64,000 nucleotides of DNA, taken from contig CAVFZO010000151.1 of assembly GCA_963626925.1 (NCBI GenBank), positions 1,308 to 65,307 on the forward strand, read 5' to 3'. Positions 28,389 through 38,074 of this stretch are shown here, one piece after another. This DNA comes from Clostridium sp. AM49-4BH (lineage in GTDB: Bacteria; Spirochaetota; Spirochaetia; Sphaerochaetales; Sphaerochaetaceae). The notes beneath the pieces were generated by a model. That model did no database searches. It saw only the letters and a list, made by a program, of their open reading frames with translations, and was not told the DNA's origin. The translations under genes and the position numbers were made by a program. Every line of letters starts with the position of its first letter. The first letter of the stretch is position 1.

Positions 28389-29759
28389 ATGAAACCACTT
28401 GATCACCCTATGCTCTTCTCGAAGGAAGACCTCAGGCACATATATTATCCTCTTTTAATGGAGACACTGCTCTCCGTCACCGTCGGCATTGCAGATACAA
28501 TGATGGTCGCACAGGCCGGAGAGGCCTCAGTCAGCGGCGTCAGCTGCTTCAATACGATTCAGAATTTCCTCATCGCCCTCTTCTCCGCATTCGGAACGGG
28601 AGGAAGCGTCATAGTCAGCCAGCTCCTCGGAATGGACAATGATGAAAGGGCGCGCTTTGCCTCTAAGGAGCTGCTGTATCTGGCACTTTGTGTCGCACTC
28701 GTCGTCGGCGGAGTCTTCTTCGTCTTCAAGGAGCAGATACTCAGAGTGGTATACGGATCGGTTGCAGAGGATGTCTTCCAGGCGGCCCTCGACTACTCGG
28801 TTCCCATCATACTCTCTCTGCCCTTCATGGCCCTGACATCCTCCCTTACCGCGGTTTTCCGTGCACAGGGAAAAACTCAGTCGACCTTCGTCGTATCGAC
28901 AATCGGCAACATCGTGAACATCATCGGAAACGCCGTCTGTCTCTTCGTCTTCAACATGGGAGCATTCGGGGTGGGACTGAGCACACTCTTCTCGCGAATC
29001 GTCATGGCATCGATATTCCTCGTCCTCATCCATTCCCATAAACTGAGGGTATACATAGACTCCCTCCTGAAGGTGGAGTTCAATCTTTCCATGGCGAAGA
29101 CCATCTTCTCGATAGCACTTCCCTCGGGTGCGGAAAGCTCGATATTCCAGCTCGGGAAGATCGTCACGATATCGACAATAGCGGCATGCGGAACGGCATC
29201 GACGGCATCCTTTGCATTCCTCGACAACATGGGAACATTTGCAAACATCACGGGAACGGCCACCGGGCTGGCACTGATGGTGTGCGGAGGCAGAAGCTGC
29301 GGAGCGGGACGCTTTGATGAAACAAGATGGTACACGAAGTACTTCATGAGAATGGCCTATCTCTCGATAGCGGCGACATCAGTTGTCGTGATGTCACTTC
29401 TTCCCGTCCTCATCAAAATATACTCATACAGTGCGGAGACAAGCTCGCTTGCCCTACTTGTCACATACGAGAACCTCATAGTACAGATGCTCATATGGCC
29501 TCTCTCGTTCACGCTTCCGCAGGCTCTCAAGAGTGCCGGAGACGTAACCTTCACGATGATTACGGCCGTCAGTTCGATGTGGATTTTCCGTGTTGCATCG
29601 GCACGCATTCTCGGCCTCACCCTCGGCTTCGGCCTCAGGGGTGTCATGTGGGGCATGTACATAGACTGGGCCGTGAGGTCTGTTCTCTTCATCTGGAGAT
29701 ACAGATCGGGAAAGTGGACGAAGAAGGTCATCAGGAAAGAAAAAGTAGCGCTGAAGTGA
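28389..29759 (+). CDS. MATE family efflux transporter
   Basis: 456 aa, ~12 TM, with a bipartite repeat architecture typical of MATE/NorM-like proteins. Confidence 0.6.
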   Translation: MKPLDHPMLFSKEDLRHIYYPLLMETLLSVTVGIADTMMVAQAGEASVSGVSCFNTIQNFLIALFSAFGTGGSVIVSQLLGMDNDERARFASKELLYLALCVALVVGGVFFVFKEQILRVVYGSVAEDVFQAALDYSVPIILSLPFMALTSSLTAVFRAQGKTQSTFVVSTIGNIVNIIGNAVCLFVFNMGAFGVGLSTLFSRIVMASIFLVLIHSHKLRVYIDSLLKVEFNLSMAKTIFSIALPSGAESSIFQLGKIVTISTIAACGTASTASFAFLDNMGTFANITGTATGLALMVCGGRSCGAGRFDETRWYTKYFMRMAYLSIAATSVVVMSLLPVLIKIYSYSAETSSLALLVTYENLIVQMLIWPLSFTLPQALKSAGDVTFTMITAVSSMWIFRVASARILGLTLGFGLRGVMWGMYIDWAVRSVLFIWRYRSGKWTKKVIRKEKVALK

Positions 29760-29781
29760 CTTTCTCTGTATCATCTCTCTT

Positions 29782-31161
29782 ATGACAAGAGAAAAGATCG
29801 AAGAGATAAAAGAGAAGCAGAAAGCATACTTCAGTGAAGGCAGAACACTCTCGTACGGAAGCCGGATTGAGGCTCTCGGAAAGCTCTATACTGCAATAGA
29901 GAAATACTCTGACAAATTGAGAGATGCCCTTATGTCAGACCTCGGAAAAAGCGCGGCAGAAAGCGACATGTGCGAGATAGGCCTGACGCTGAGCGAGATT
30001 ACATACCTCAGAAAACATCTCAGAGGCTGGATGAGGGAGAAGAGGGTCCGCACGCCCCTTGCACAGTTTGCATCCCGTTCGTTCACACGTCCCCTTCCCT
30101 ACGGCAACACCCTCATAATGAGTCCGTGGAACTATCCCGTACTGCTGACACTCGAACCCCTTGCCGACGCCCTGAGTGCAGGAAACACCGCCATTATTAA
30201 ACCTTCGGCATATTCCTCCGCATCCTCGAACATTCTCAGAAAGCTTATAGAAGAGACCTTCGACGAGGGGCTCGTAGCCCTCATCGAGGGAGGAAGGGAG
30301 GAGAATGCATCGCTATTGGAGCTCGACTTCGACTACATCTTCTTCACCGGCAGCAGGGAGGTCGGGAAGTTTGTGATGGCGAAGGCTGCAGAGCATCTCA
30401 CGCCCCTGACACTCGAGCTCGGAGGAAAGAGCCCGTGCATAATAACAAAGAGTGCCGACCTCGCCCTCAGTGCAAAGCGTACGGCTTTCGGAAAGCTCAT
30501 AAACTGCGGCCAGACCTGTGTCGCCCCCGACTACATCCTCGTCGAGAGGAGCGTGAAGACAGAGTTCGAAAATCTTCTCAGAAAGGAAGTTGTCAGGATG
30601 GCTGGGGAGAATCCCCTGGAGAACCCTCAATATGGGAAGATAATCAACATCAAGCACTTCTCGAGAATAGTAAAGCTCCTCGATGAATCGAAGACGATTC
30701 TCGGAGGCCGCTATGACGCATCCACTCTCAAGATAGAGCCGACCATCCTTACAGACGTAACGAGGGACGACAGGGTGATGCAGGAGGAGATATTCGGCCC
30801 CGTATTCCCGATTCTGACATATGAGAGCATCGATGAATGCATCGACTACATAAACGGAGGCGACCATCCCCTCGCCCTCTACATCTTCACCTCCGACAGG
30901 AAGGAGGCGAAGTATGTAATGACGCACACCCTCTTCGGCGGAGGATGCATAAACGACACCCTCATACATCTTGCGACAAGCGAAATGAGTTTCGGCGGAG
31001 TGAGACAGAGCGGAATGGGAGGCTACCACGGAAAGAGCGGCTTCGACAGCTTCTCGCACTATACTTCGATTGTCGACAAGAAGACCTGGATCGATCTTCC
31101 CATGCGCTACCGCCCCTATACGGAAAGAAACCGCAGACTTATCAATTTCTTTCTGAAGTGA
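29782..31161 (+). CDS. NAD(P)-dependent aldehyde dehydrogenase (class-3-like)
   Basis: ELGGKSP catalytic Glu motif and the GQTCVAPDY catalytic Cys motif; 459 aa. Confidence 0.85.
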   Translation: MTREKIEEIKEKQKAYFSEGRTLSYGSRIEALGKLYTAIEKYSDKLRDALMSDLGKSAAESDMCEIGLTLSEITYLRKHLRGWMREKRVRTPLAQFASRSFTRPLPYGNTLIMSPWNYPVLLTLEPLADALSAGNTAIIKPSAYSSASSNILRKLIEETFDEGLVALIEGGREENASLLELDFDYIFFTGSREVGKFVMAKAAEHLTPLTLELGGKSPCIITKSADLALSAKRTAFGKLINCGQTCVAPDYILVERSVKTEFENLLRKEVVRMAGENPLENPQYGKIINIKHFSRIVKLLDESKTILGGRYDASTLKIEPTILTDVTRDDRVMQEEIFGPVFPILTYESIDECIDYINGGDHPLALYIFTSDRKEAKYVMTHTLFGGGCINDTLIHLATSEMSFGGVRQSGMGGYHGKSGFDSFSHYTSIVDKKTWIDLPMRYRPYTERNRRLINFFLK

Positions 31162-31203
31162 CTAGACACATCCCCCCGTTTGGTTTATAGTTCATGGAAG
31201 ATT

Positions 31204-31275
31204 GGGCGGTTAACTCAGCGGGAGAGTGCCACCTTGACGTGGTGGAAGTCATAAGTTCAATCCTTATACCGCCCA
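31204..31275 (+). tRNA. tRNA-Val (anticodon GAC)
   Basis: Hand-folded cloverleaf: acceptor GGGCGGT/ACCGCCC, D stem ACTC/GAGT, anticodon stem CCACC/GGTGG with loop TTGACGT, T arm ATAAG-TTCAATC-CTTAT. No encoded CCA. Confidence 0.85.
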
Positions 31276-31280
31276 TATCC

Positions 31281-31304
31281 GGACTCTTGATGAGTCCTTT
31301 TTTT
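31281..31304 (+). terminator. rho-independent terminator after tRNA-Val
   Basis: GGACTC-TTGAT-GAGTCC hairpin followed by TTTTTTT. Confidence 0.7.
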
Positions 31305-31352
31305 ATGCCCTCATTCTTCTCAGAATGTGTACGAATGGAGTATAAAGTAGCC

Positions 31353-31883
31353 ATGAGAATACTTATTGCATCAGACATACACGGCTCTGAATACAGGGCG
31401 GAAGAGATATATGACATATGGAGGAAGGGAGTCTTTGACAGGGTATTTCTCCTGGGTGACCTTCTCTATCACGGGCCGAGGAACGATCTTCCGCCTCACT
31501 ACAGACCGAAGGGAGTAATCCCTCTCCTCTCTGAAATGAAGGACCATGTCACGGCAGTCAGAGGAAACTGCGACGCAGAGGTTGACCAGATGGTGCTTCC
31601 CTTCCCCATCATGGATGACTCGAAGACAGTCACAGCCGACGGCAGGAAGATTTTCCTCATGCACGGACACCATGATCTCGACATCGGGGATGCCGACGTT
31701 GTCATGAGCGGACACACACATGTTCCGGTACTTGAAGAGAGAGACGGAGTTCTCTTCCTTAACCCCGGATCGACGACAATTCCGAAGAACGGGAGCGACC
31801 CGAGTTATGCCGTCTGGGATAACGGGAGAATCGAGATAATATCTTTAGACGACGGACACATAGTCAAGGCATGGGAAGGATAG
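31353..31883 (+). CDS. YfcE-family metallophosphoesterase
   Basis: RILIASDIHGS, GDLLYHGPRN and SGHTH motifs. I chose the ATG at 31353, 12 nt after GGAG. The longer ORF from 31194 would run through tRNA-Val. Confidence 0.75.
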   Translation: MRILIASDIHGSEYRAEEIYDIWRKGVFDRVFLLGDLLYHGPRNDLPPHYRPKGVIPLLSEMKDHVTAVRGNCDAEVDQMVLPFPIMDDSKTVTADGRKIFLMHGHHDLDIGDADVVMSGHTHVPVLEERDGVLFLNPGSTTIPKNGSDPSYAVWDNGRIEIISLDDGHIVKAWEG

Positions 31884-33389
31884 AGTAACAGTCACCTTTC
31901 CCTTCTCCTCGTCCTCCGTGATGTCCACCTCTCCGTTATGAAGTTCCATTATCTGGTACACGATGCTGAGTCCCAGTCCGGAGCCTGCACTTCCGGTACG
32001 GGACTGGTCTCCCCTGCTCCACGGCTCGAAGAACTGCGGAAGAGGCTTGGGGAGCGTTCCGTCGTTGGTCACCTTTATGACGAGGTTGTTCTCCTTCTCC
32101 TCTGTTTCGATGACAGGAAGGCAGCCGCTTGTCCGGTACTGGGCTGCGTTACGTAAAATCTCCTCGAGGGCGCGTGTGATCAGGCCGTCGTCGGCGTAGA
32201 CTATATCGCTGTCTTTAAAGGCACAGCTGACAGGAGTGTTGAGCTTGAGGCATGCCGTATCGATCTCGTCCTTCAGGACAAGCTCCCTCTTCTCGCACTT
32301 TGCATCCGGGGAAAGCAGATACGAATAATACGAGACACTCGCGATCCTCTCCTTGAGTGTGTCATTCTCCTTCTTGAGCGTCGTTACTATTTCGGGAGTA
32401 AGGGGGAAGAGTCCGTCGGCAACACCTTCGAGAATCATGTTCATGCTTGTGACTGGGGTGTTCAGGTCATGCGAGATGTTCCTGATCCATTCCTTACGGG
32501 ATGCCGAATGACGCCTGAGATCCTTGCCGAGGGCTTCGATGGAGGAGCCTATCTGGTTGTATTCGATAACCTTGGAATCGGGCACTGTCACATCAAAGTG
32601 CCCGGATGAGAGCAGAGAGAGCGCCTTCTCGATGTTCTTGACGTTTCTCTCCGTCCTTTTCGATACGACATACGCAAGGACGGAACCCACGACGAGAATG
32701 AGGGGGATTGTGAATGCCAGTGCCTTGTATACTTCCTGGAGGATGAACTTCGTCGGTGTGTAGTAATCGACGGAGTAGACAAGAACGTCCAGGTACGCTG
32801 CGATGCTGCCGTTGATATAGACCGCAATCGTTCCCGCGATATCGGCCTTTCTGATAGACGAAGGATATGAGACGAAGACACGGCCCGTGTCGTTTGTCTT
32901 GTGAAACGATACACTGTCGATTGTTGTGCTGAAGAGCGACGACATCGTCACATCGAGCTCGTACTGCGGGGAAGGAAGTTCGTAGACGGTGGTCTTTCTG
33001 CTGCTGTTTGTGCTTCTCCCTGTTGTTGTCAGCGCTTCCTCGATATATGTGAATGTGCCGTCACCGGAGGAGACGAGCTGGGGTATGACGGAGCCGTCCC
33101 CGCTCTGACCGAATGTCAGGAGCTGGCCGCCTGCGGTACTTCTGAGGACAAAGCCGCTTATCCTTTCAGAGGCATTCGAGAAGACGTAGTCGTAGATGCT
33201 TGTCGCATTCGTGACGTCGGCCTTCGAGAGTGTCTTCTCGACATTTGATGCAAACTCCTCGAATACCTGATCAGACCAGCTGTATATGACCCTCTTCGAG
33301 AAGACGGTTATACATACAACCTGCAGTACAGATATTGCAATCAGTATGAGAAGAATTGCAAATAGGAGTCTGACGAACTGTCTGTGCAT
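31845..33389 (-). CDS. sensor histidine kinase (two TM, HAMP, HisKA, HATPase)
   Basis: H-box ISHDLNTPVTSM and G2 box GSGLGLSIV. The start shares 1 nt with the regulator's stop (TGATG). Confidence 0.85.
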   Translation of the reverse strand: MHRQFVRLLFAILLILIAISVLQVVCITVFSKRVIYSWSDQVFEEFASNVEKTLSKADVTNATSIYDYVFSNASERISGFVLRSTAGGQLLTFGQSGDGSVIPQLVSSGDGTFTYIEEALTTTGRSTNSSRKTTVYELPSPQYELDVTMSSLFSTTIDSVSFHKTNDTGRVFVSYPSSIRKADIAGTIAVYINGSIAAYLDVLVYSVDYYTPTKFILQEVYKALAFTIPLILVVGSVLAYVVSKRTERNVKNIEKALSLLSSGHFDVTVPDSKVIEYNQIGSSIEALGKDLRRHSASRKEWIRNISHDLNTPVTSMNMILEGVADGLFPLTPEIVTTLKKENDTLKERIASVSYYSYLLSPDAKCEKRELVLKDEIDTACLKLNTPVSCAFKDSDIVYADDGLITRALEEILRNAAQYRTSGCLPVIETEEKENNLVIKVTNDGTLPKPLPQFFEPWSRGDQSRTGSAGSGLGLSIVYQIMELHNGEVDITEDEEKGKVTVTLSFPCLDYVSVV

Positions 33390-34081
33390 CAGGCCTTCTT
33401 ACCGGAGAACCGGTATCCGTAGCCGCGTACCGTATCTATCCAGTTACCGGGGCGGAGCTTGGTCCTTATGTTCTTTATGTGGGTGTCGACAACACGCTCG
33501 TAGCTCTCGAAGGAATAGTCGAAGCACTCCTCGAGGATCTGGGCACGGGTTATGAGATTGGGCTCGTTGGAAACGAGGTATAAAACGATTCTCCACTCCG
33601 CTGCCGTGAGGTTGATGGGAACGTCGTTGACCCTTATCTCGTGGATATCCTCATCGATGTAGAGGCTGTTGTCCCCGTCGACGTAGGTATACTTGTTCTT
33701 CGCTGTCCCCGCATTCTCGTCGACTCTCCGAAAGAGTGCCTGGATACGAAGTACAAGCTCCTTGGGGCTGAACGGCTTTGTTATATAGTCGTCGGCGCCG
33801 AGTTCAAAGCCGAGAATCCTGTCGCTTTCATCTACTCGTGCAGTAAGGAATATGACGGGAAGACGGTCGTTCTTCTCCTTTATCTCCTTGACGAAGGCAA
33901 AACCGTCGCCGTCGGGGAGCATGACATCCTGGATGAGCATGTCGGGCATCTTCTTCGAAAAGCCGTCCCTTGCCTCCTGGAGGTTCCTGAACCCCGCCGC
34001 TTCGTAGCCCGAGAGCGACAGATACTGTACAACGCCGTTTCTTATTACTTCATGGTCTTCAACTACATAGATAAGTTTCAT
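33389..34081 (-). CDS. OmpR-family response regulator
   Basis: Receiver motifs (VVEDHE, DVMLPDGDG) and a winged-helix C-terminus (TVRGYGYRF). Confidence 0.9.
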   Translation of the reverse strand: MKLIYVVEDHEVIRNGVVQYLSLSGYEAAGFRNLQEARDGFSKKMPDMLIQDVMLPDGDGFAFVKEIKEKNDRLPVIFLTARVDESDRILGFELGADDYITKPFSPKELVLRIQALFRRVDENAGTAKNKYTYVDGDNSLYIDEDIHEIRVNDVPINLTAAEWRIVLYLVSNEPNLITRAQILEECFDYSFESYERVVDTHIKNIRTKLRPGNWIDTVRGYGYRFSGKKA

Positions 34082-34174
34082 GAGCCTATTGTCACGGCGA
34101 GAAGGGCAAGTTGCAAGTTTTTACCTCGCAAATATACAAAAACTACAAGTTGAAACTTCCCTGCGGACTGTATA

Positions 34175-34771
34175 TCAGAGAGAAAGAAGAGCGCTGACAG
34201 CAGCCTCCAGCTCCCCGCCTCTCTCCCCTCTGTAGAGAAACGTCCTTATTCCCTCCCTCTCCGCCGCAGTCGTGTTCTCCTCTCTGTCGTCGACGAAGAA
34301 TGCCTCTGAGGCATCTACGCCCTCTTTTTCGAGGATGTAACGGTAGAACGAAGGACTAGGTTTCGTAAGATGCATCTCATGCGAAAAATAAAGTGCGTCG
34401 AAATACGAATACGGCTTTTCTTCCAGCCTTCCTATGACATCGGCATGGGGACGGAAGGTGTTGGACCCGATGACGGTTCTTCCGCCGTGCTCTCTTATCA
34501 TTTCAAGTACGGGAATGAGGGAACTGTTCACTCTTGGATGATAGATTTCGGAGAAGAGATTGCCCTCTGTTCTGACGCCGAACTCCTTCTCGAGATGCCA
34601 CATGTAGGAAAGGGTATCCATCCACCCCTCCATCAGGGGGATGTCGTACTTTTCATAATCCTTCATGAAGGCATTCTCTTCAATTCCGAGATGTTCCGCT
34701 ATCTCCTCGAAGTTGACGCTGCCATCGATGAGGACGCCTCCCATATCGAAGATGAAAAGTTTTGTCTTCAT
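34175..34771 (-). CDS. HAD-superfamily hydrolase
   Basis: Motif I LFIFDMGGVLID and motif IV FFVDDREEN; 198 aa. Confidence 0.7.
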   Translation of the reverse strand: MKTKLFIFDMGGVLIDGSVNFEEIAEHLGIEENAFMKDYEKYDIPLMEGWMDTLSYMWHLEKEFGVRTEGNLFSEIYHPRVNSSLIPVLEMIREHGGRTVIGSNTFRPHADVIGRLEEKPYSYFDALYFSHEMHLTKPSPSFYRYILEKEGVDASEAFFVDDREENTTAAEREGIRTFLYRGERGGELEAAVSALLSL

Positions 34772-35466
34772 TCTCTCTCCTCCCCGTGTCTTTTAACGAC
34801 AACTCTGTAGCCGACGATTCCCAGCACTGTCATCGAGACGATGACTACGGCGGCGATGATTGCAATCGTGTAGCTTTTACTGTTCATGGCGCTTCCTCCG
34901 ATAGAGCTCAGCCATGCGGCGGGAATGCGTGCAAAGGTGGAAATCAGAAAGAAGAGAAGAAAGGGCATGTCCGTCAGGCCGCAGTAGAAACACAAAAGGT
35001 CCTTCGGCGTCCCCGGTGCAAGAAAGAGAATGAGGATGATGATATCTCTCCTTCTGTTTGTTCTGAGAAACTTCAGCTCCTCAATCTGCTCCTTCCTGAA
35101 AAAGACCTCGAGAAGACTGCGGCCGAACTTCCTCACAAGGAGAAAAACAGCCACAGAGCCCAGTCCCAGTCCGATCGTGCTGAGAACGGTAGCCTCCACA
35201 TGGCCGAATGCATAGCCTCCGGCAAGCTCGATGGGTCCGCCGGGTATTATTGCAACAAGAACCTGCAGGAAACAGACTGCGACGTATGCAGCCTTTCCCC
35301 ACATCCCCATGCCTTCTATCCAGCTTCTGAAGGCCTCGGGATCCTTCGCCGTCTTCACAATGGGGATGCCTATGAAGAAGAATGCCGCGGCGCAGAAGAG
35401 AACGAATATGACTATGGAGGCAATACCGATTATCTTTTTCTGCCTTCCGCTGAGTTCTTTTTCCAT
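34768..35466 (-). CDS. TVP38/TMEM64 (DedA-related) family membrane protein
   Basis: VLVAIIPGGPIELAGGYAFG motif, ~5 TM, 4-nt overlap with the HAD gene. Confidence 0.7.
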   Translation of the reverse strand: MEKELSGRQKKIIGIASIVIFVLFCAAAFFFIGIPIVKTAKDPEAFRSWIEGMGMWGKAAYVAVCFLQVLVAIIPGGPIELAGGYAFGHVEATVLSTIGLGLGSVAVFLLVRKFGRSLLEVFFRKEQIEELKFLRTNRRRDIIILILFLAPGTPKDLLCFYCGLTDMPFLLFFLISTFARIPAAWLSSIGGSAMNSKSYTIAIIAAVVIVSMTVLGIVGYRVVVKRHGEERE

Positions 35467-37016
35467 CAGAGTACTCTTCCCTCTCCCGTATAGAAGATCT
35501 CGCCGCCGAGGGATGCAATCTTTCCGTTGAGTATGACGCAGTCGATTCCTTCGTTTCTGTTGTCATCCCTGCACTTCAGTCTCTCGATGTCGAATACCGT
35601 TATATCTGCCCTGTATCCCTCAGCGAGAATACCCCTGTCCTTTATTCCGAAGCGCTCTGCCGTCTCTCCCGTCATCCTCCTCACGGCCTCCTCGAGAGTG
35701 AGGAGTTTTCTGTCCCTGACATATTTTGAGAGAAATTCCACTGTCGAATGGTATGATCTGGGGTGCGGAACGGGGGATGAGTAGAGACTGTCGGTGCCGA
35801 AGCACATCAGAGGATGGGCCATTATTCTCTCGAGAGTTTCATCAGTCTCGGTTGTATCTGTCATGACGGCAAGTCCCGTCTCGTCCCTCAGGATATCGAA
35901 AAGGGCGTCGAGGGGATCGTCTGTTTTCATCTCGCGTGCAATCTCAGAAAGAGTCATCCCGTTGTACCGGGGAGAGGAAGAGAGGAAGAGAGCCCTTATG
36001 TTATCCGGTCCCACAACAGGATAGATGCTGTCCCATGTGGTATCTTCCATGATTTCCTTTCTGATAACCTCCCTTTCGCTCTCTAGGGAGAGGGCCATCC
36101 TCTGCTCGAGCCTCGAGTAGGCAAGAACGCGGGGAGGAAGAAGCGAAAAGAGCGACGTGGAGCCGAATGTATACGGATACTGGTCGAACTTGACGTCGAG
36201 TCCCTCATTTCTGTACTTCTCGATGAGAGAGAGCATCTTCACAGCCTCCCCCTGGTTACGCTCTCCGATGGCCTTCAGGTGTGATATCTCGGTTCTGACG
36301 CCGCTTTTAAAGGCAATCTCGAGAACTTCTCTGAGCGATTCAAGACAGCCGTTCCCCTCACTTCTGTGATGGACTGTGAATATGCCTCCCTCCTCTTTCA
36401 CCGTTTCAAGAATCCTTGAGAGTTCCCCGGCGCCGGAGTAGACGCAGGGTGAGTAATAGAGCCCTGTCGAGAAGCCTTTCGCTCCTGCCTTGATCTCAGC
36501 GCGGAGAATCGAGCACATCGCCTCTATCTCCTCATCTGTCGCCTCTCTTGTGCACTGAGGTCCCATTGCGGCAAGCCTGAGTGCCGTATGGGAGACGAGA
36601 AAGAGTTCGTTGACTCCGATTTTCTTCTCCAGATAGTATCTCTTCATGGAGGAGAAGTCCTTCCATTTCCACTCGTTCCATTCTCCCAGGACATCCTTCA
36701 CCATATCCTTCAGAAGGGGATTGGTGTAGGGAAAGACCCCGATTCCGCAGTTCCCGGTAACGTCCGTCGTTATTCCCTGTCCGATTCTCGCCTCAGCCTT
36801 CGGATCCCTCAGAACGAGAAAATCCGTATGACAGTGGCTGTCGATAAAGCCGGGTGCTATGTATTTTCCGCTGCAGTCGACAACAAGACGCGAGCGCGTT
36901 ATATCCTTATCTGTCACAAGGGCGATGGAATCAGAGAATACAGCCACATTTGACCGGAAGGGCTTCGAGCCCCTGCCGTCCAGGACAAGTCCGTTCTTCA
37001 ATATAATGTCATACAC
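35466..37016 (-). CDS. N-acyl-D-amino-acid deacylase (D-aminoacylase) family amidohydrolase
   Basis: N-terminal IILKNGLVLDG...PGFIDSHCHTD metal-binding motif; 516 aa. Confidence 0.75.
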   Translation of the reverse strand: MYDIILKNGLVLDGRGSKPFRSNVAVFSDSIALVTDKDITRSRLVVDCSGKYIAPGFIDSHCHTDFLVLRDPKAEARIGQGITTDVTGNCGIGVFPYTNPLLKDMVKDVLGEWNEWKWKDFSSMKRYYLEKKIGVNELFLVSHTALRLAAMGPQCTREATDEEIEAMCSILRAEIKAGAKGFSTGLYYSPCVYSGAGELSRILETVKEEGGIFTVHHRSEGNGCLESLREVLEIAFKSGVRTEISHLKAIGERNQGEAVKMLSLIEKYRNEGLDVKFDQYPYTFGSTSLFSLLPPRVLAYSRLEQRMALSLESEREVIRKEIMEDTTWDSIYPVVGPDNIRALFLSSSPRYNGMTLSEIAREMKTDDPLDALFDILRDETGLAVMTDTTETDETLERIMAHPLMCFGTDSLYSSPVPHPRSYHSTVEFLSKYVRDRKLLTLEEAVRRMTGETAERFGIKDRGILAEGYRADITVFDIERLKCRDDNRNEGIDCVILNGKIASLGGEIFYTGEGRVL

Positions 37017-37893
37017 TGCGTTCGAGCTCCCCGTATGTACTCTTCATCATTCTTTCGATGTAGTTGGTCATATCTGTATAGACACCCCTGGATGCAATGA
37101 GTGCATAGGCCGCCTTCGCCTCGTTGATCGATGAAAGGGGGAGTGTCGGAGGAACAAAGCCGCTTCTGAGGAGTTCGCCGGCAAAGACAAGATATACAAA
37201 GAAGGCCATGTGACGGTTGTAGGGCGCAATCCTCGCCAGTTCCCCCGAGAGAAGGAGTGCCGACGAGAGGGGATGCATCACCGACCATGACGATTCATAT
37301 TGATTGACGACAGTCTCGACAGCCGATTGAACAGGGACATCCTCATCACCACGTCTGACAATGCCGCTGCGGTAGCTGCCGTCCGTGTACTCAATTCCCC
37401 TCATGAATGACGAGTACATCCTCTTGATCTCCCCCTCTCCCCATCTTGTCTCCCTTCTTCCTTCCTCTCTCAGAACGGAGGCGAAGTTTATGACAGAGAG
37501 ATGAACGGAGAGACTGAGATTATAGACGAGAAAACCCGAGAGGATACGCATTGCATCCTCCTCGCTTACTTCTTCGCCTTCGAGAGCAAAGAGGAAGGAA
37601 ATGGTTCTTGCCGCATGGAGATTGAACTTGCCGGAGGAAAAATACTCATCTCTGGAGAAGAGCCTCTTGTCTTCCCTCAGGCCGTCGACGTCGATGCTGC
37701 CGGGTCTTATGTCGAGCGCTTTGAAGCGCCTGAGAGTTCTCCCGTCACCGGGCTTGGGCGTATCATCCGGGATAACCCATGACCAGCCGTTTCTGACAGC
37801 TCCGTCTATTCTTCCGTCATTGCACAGGATACGGACACGACGGGGTGTAATACCCCACTTCTCACTTGCAGTCTTGACGTCCATGTATTTCAT
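37009..37893 (-). CDS. HTH (excisionase/MerR-like) protein with a degenerate Fic/DOC-like C-terminal domain
   Basis: N-terminal DVKTASEKWGITPRRVRILCNDGRIDG. The C-terminal HPLSSALLLSGELARIAPYNRHMAFFVYLVFAGELLRSGFVPP aligns by eye to Fic cores (HPL..A...IHPFxDGNGRxxR....L...G..P) but lacks the HPFx[DE]GNGR catalytic residues. Confidence 0.45.
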   Translation of the reverse strand: MKYMDVKTASEKWGITPRRVRILCNDGRIDGAVRNGWSWVIPDDTPKPGDGRTLRRFKALDIRPGSIDVDGLREDKRLFSRDEYFSSGKFNLHAARTISFLFALEGEEVSEEDAMRILSGFLVYNLSLSVHLSVINFASVLREEGRRETRWGEGEIKRMYSSFMRGIEYTDGSYRSGIVRRGDEDVPVQSAVETVVNQYESSWSVMHPLSSALLLSGELARIAPYNRHMAFFVYLVFAGELLRSGFVPPTLPLSSINEAKAAYALIASRGVYTDMTNYIERMMKSTYGELERSV

Positions 37894-38074
37894 GGCCTTA
37901 TTTTTCCCTCTGAGGGGAAAATAAACAAGCTCTTTTCCGGTTATTCCTTCTTTTCTTCATATTATTCCCACCTGGAATTGCCACAGAGAGAGCTTTACGC
38001 AGAGGACGCAGCAGAACCGAATGACGGTAAACAGCATTGCATGAGGCTTACCAAAAGAGCTGCCATCAGACAAT

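Noticed and set aside
30313-31059. 248-aa minus-strand ORF inside the aldehyde dehydrogenase gene
   Set aside because: The plus strand has unambiguous ALDH catalytic motifs, and the antisense frame has none.
31194-31352. 5' extension of the YfcE-like ORF
   Set aside because: The extension would be translated straight through tRNA-Val (31204-31275) and its terminator. An internal ATG at 31353 with an SD gives a normal-length YfcE.
31845-31883. 39-nt convergent overlap between the YfcE-like and histidine kinase 3' ends
   Set aside because: It is probably just tight convergent packing. No hairpin or other element was evident in the overlap.
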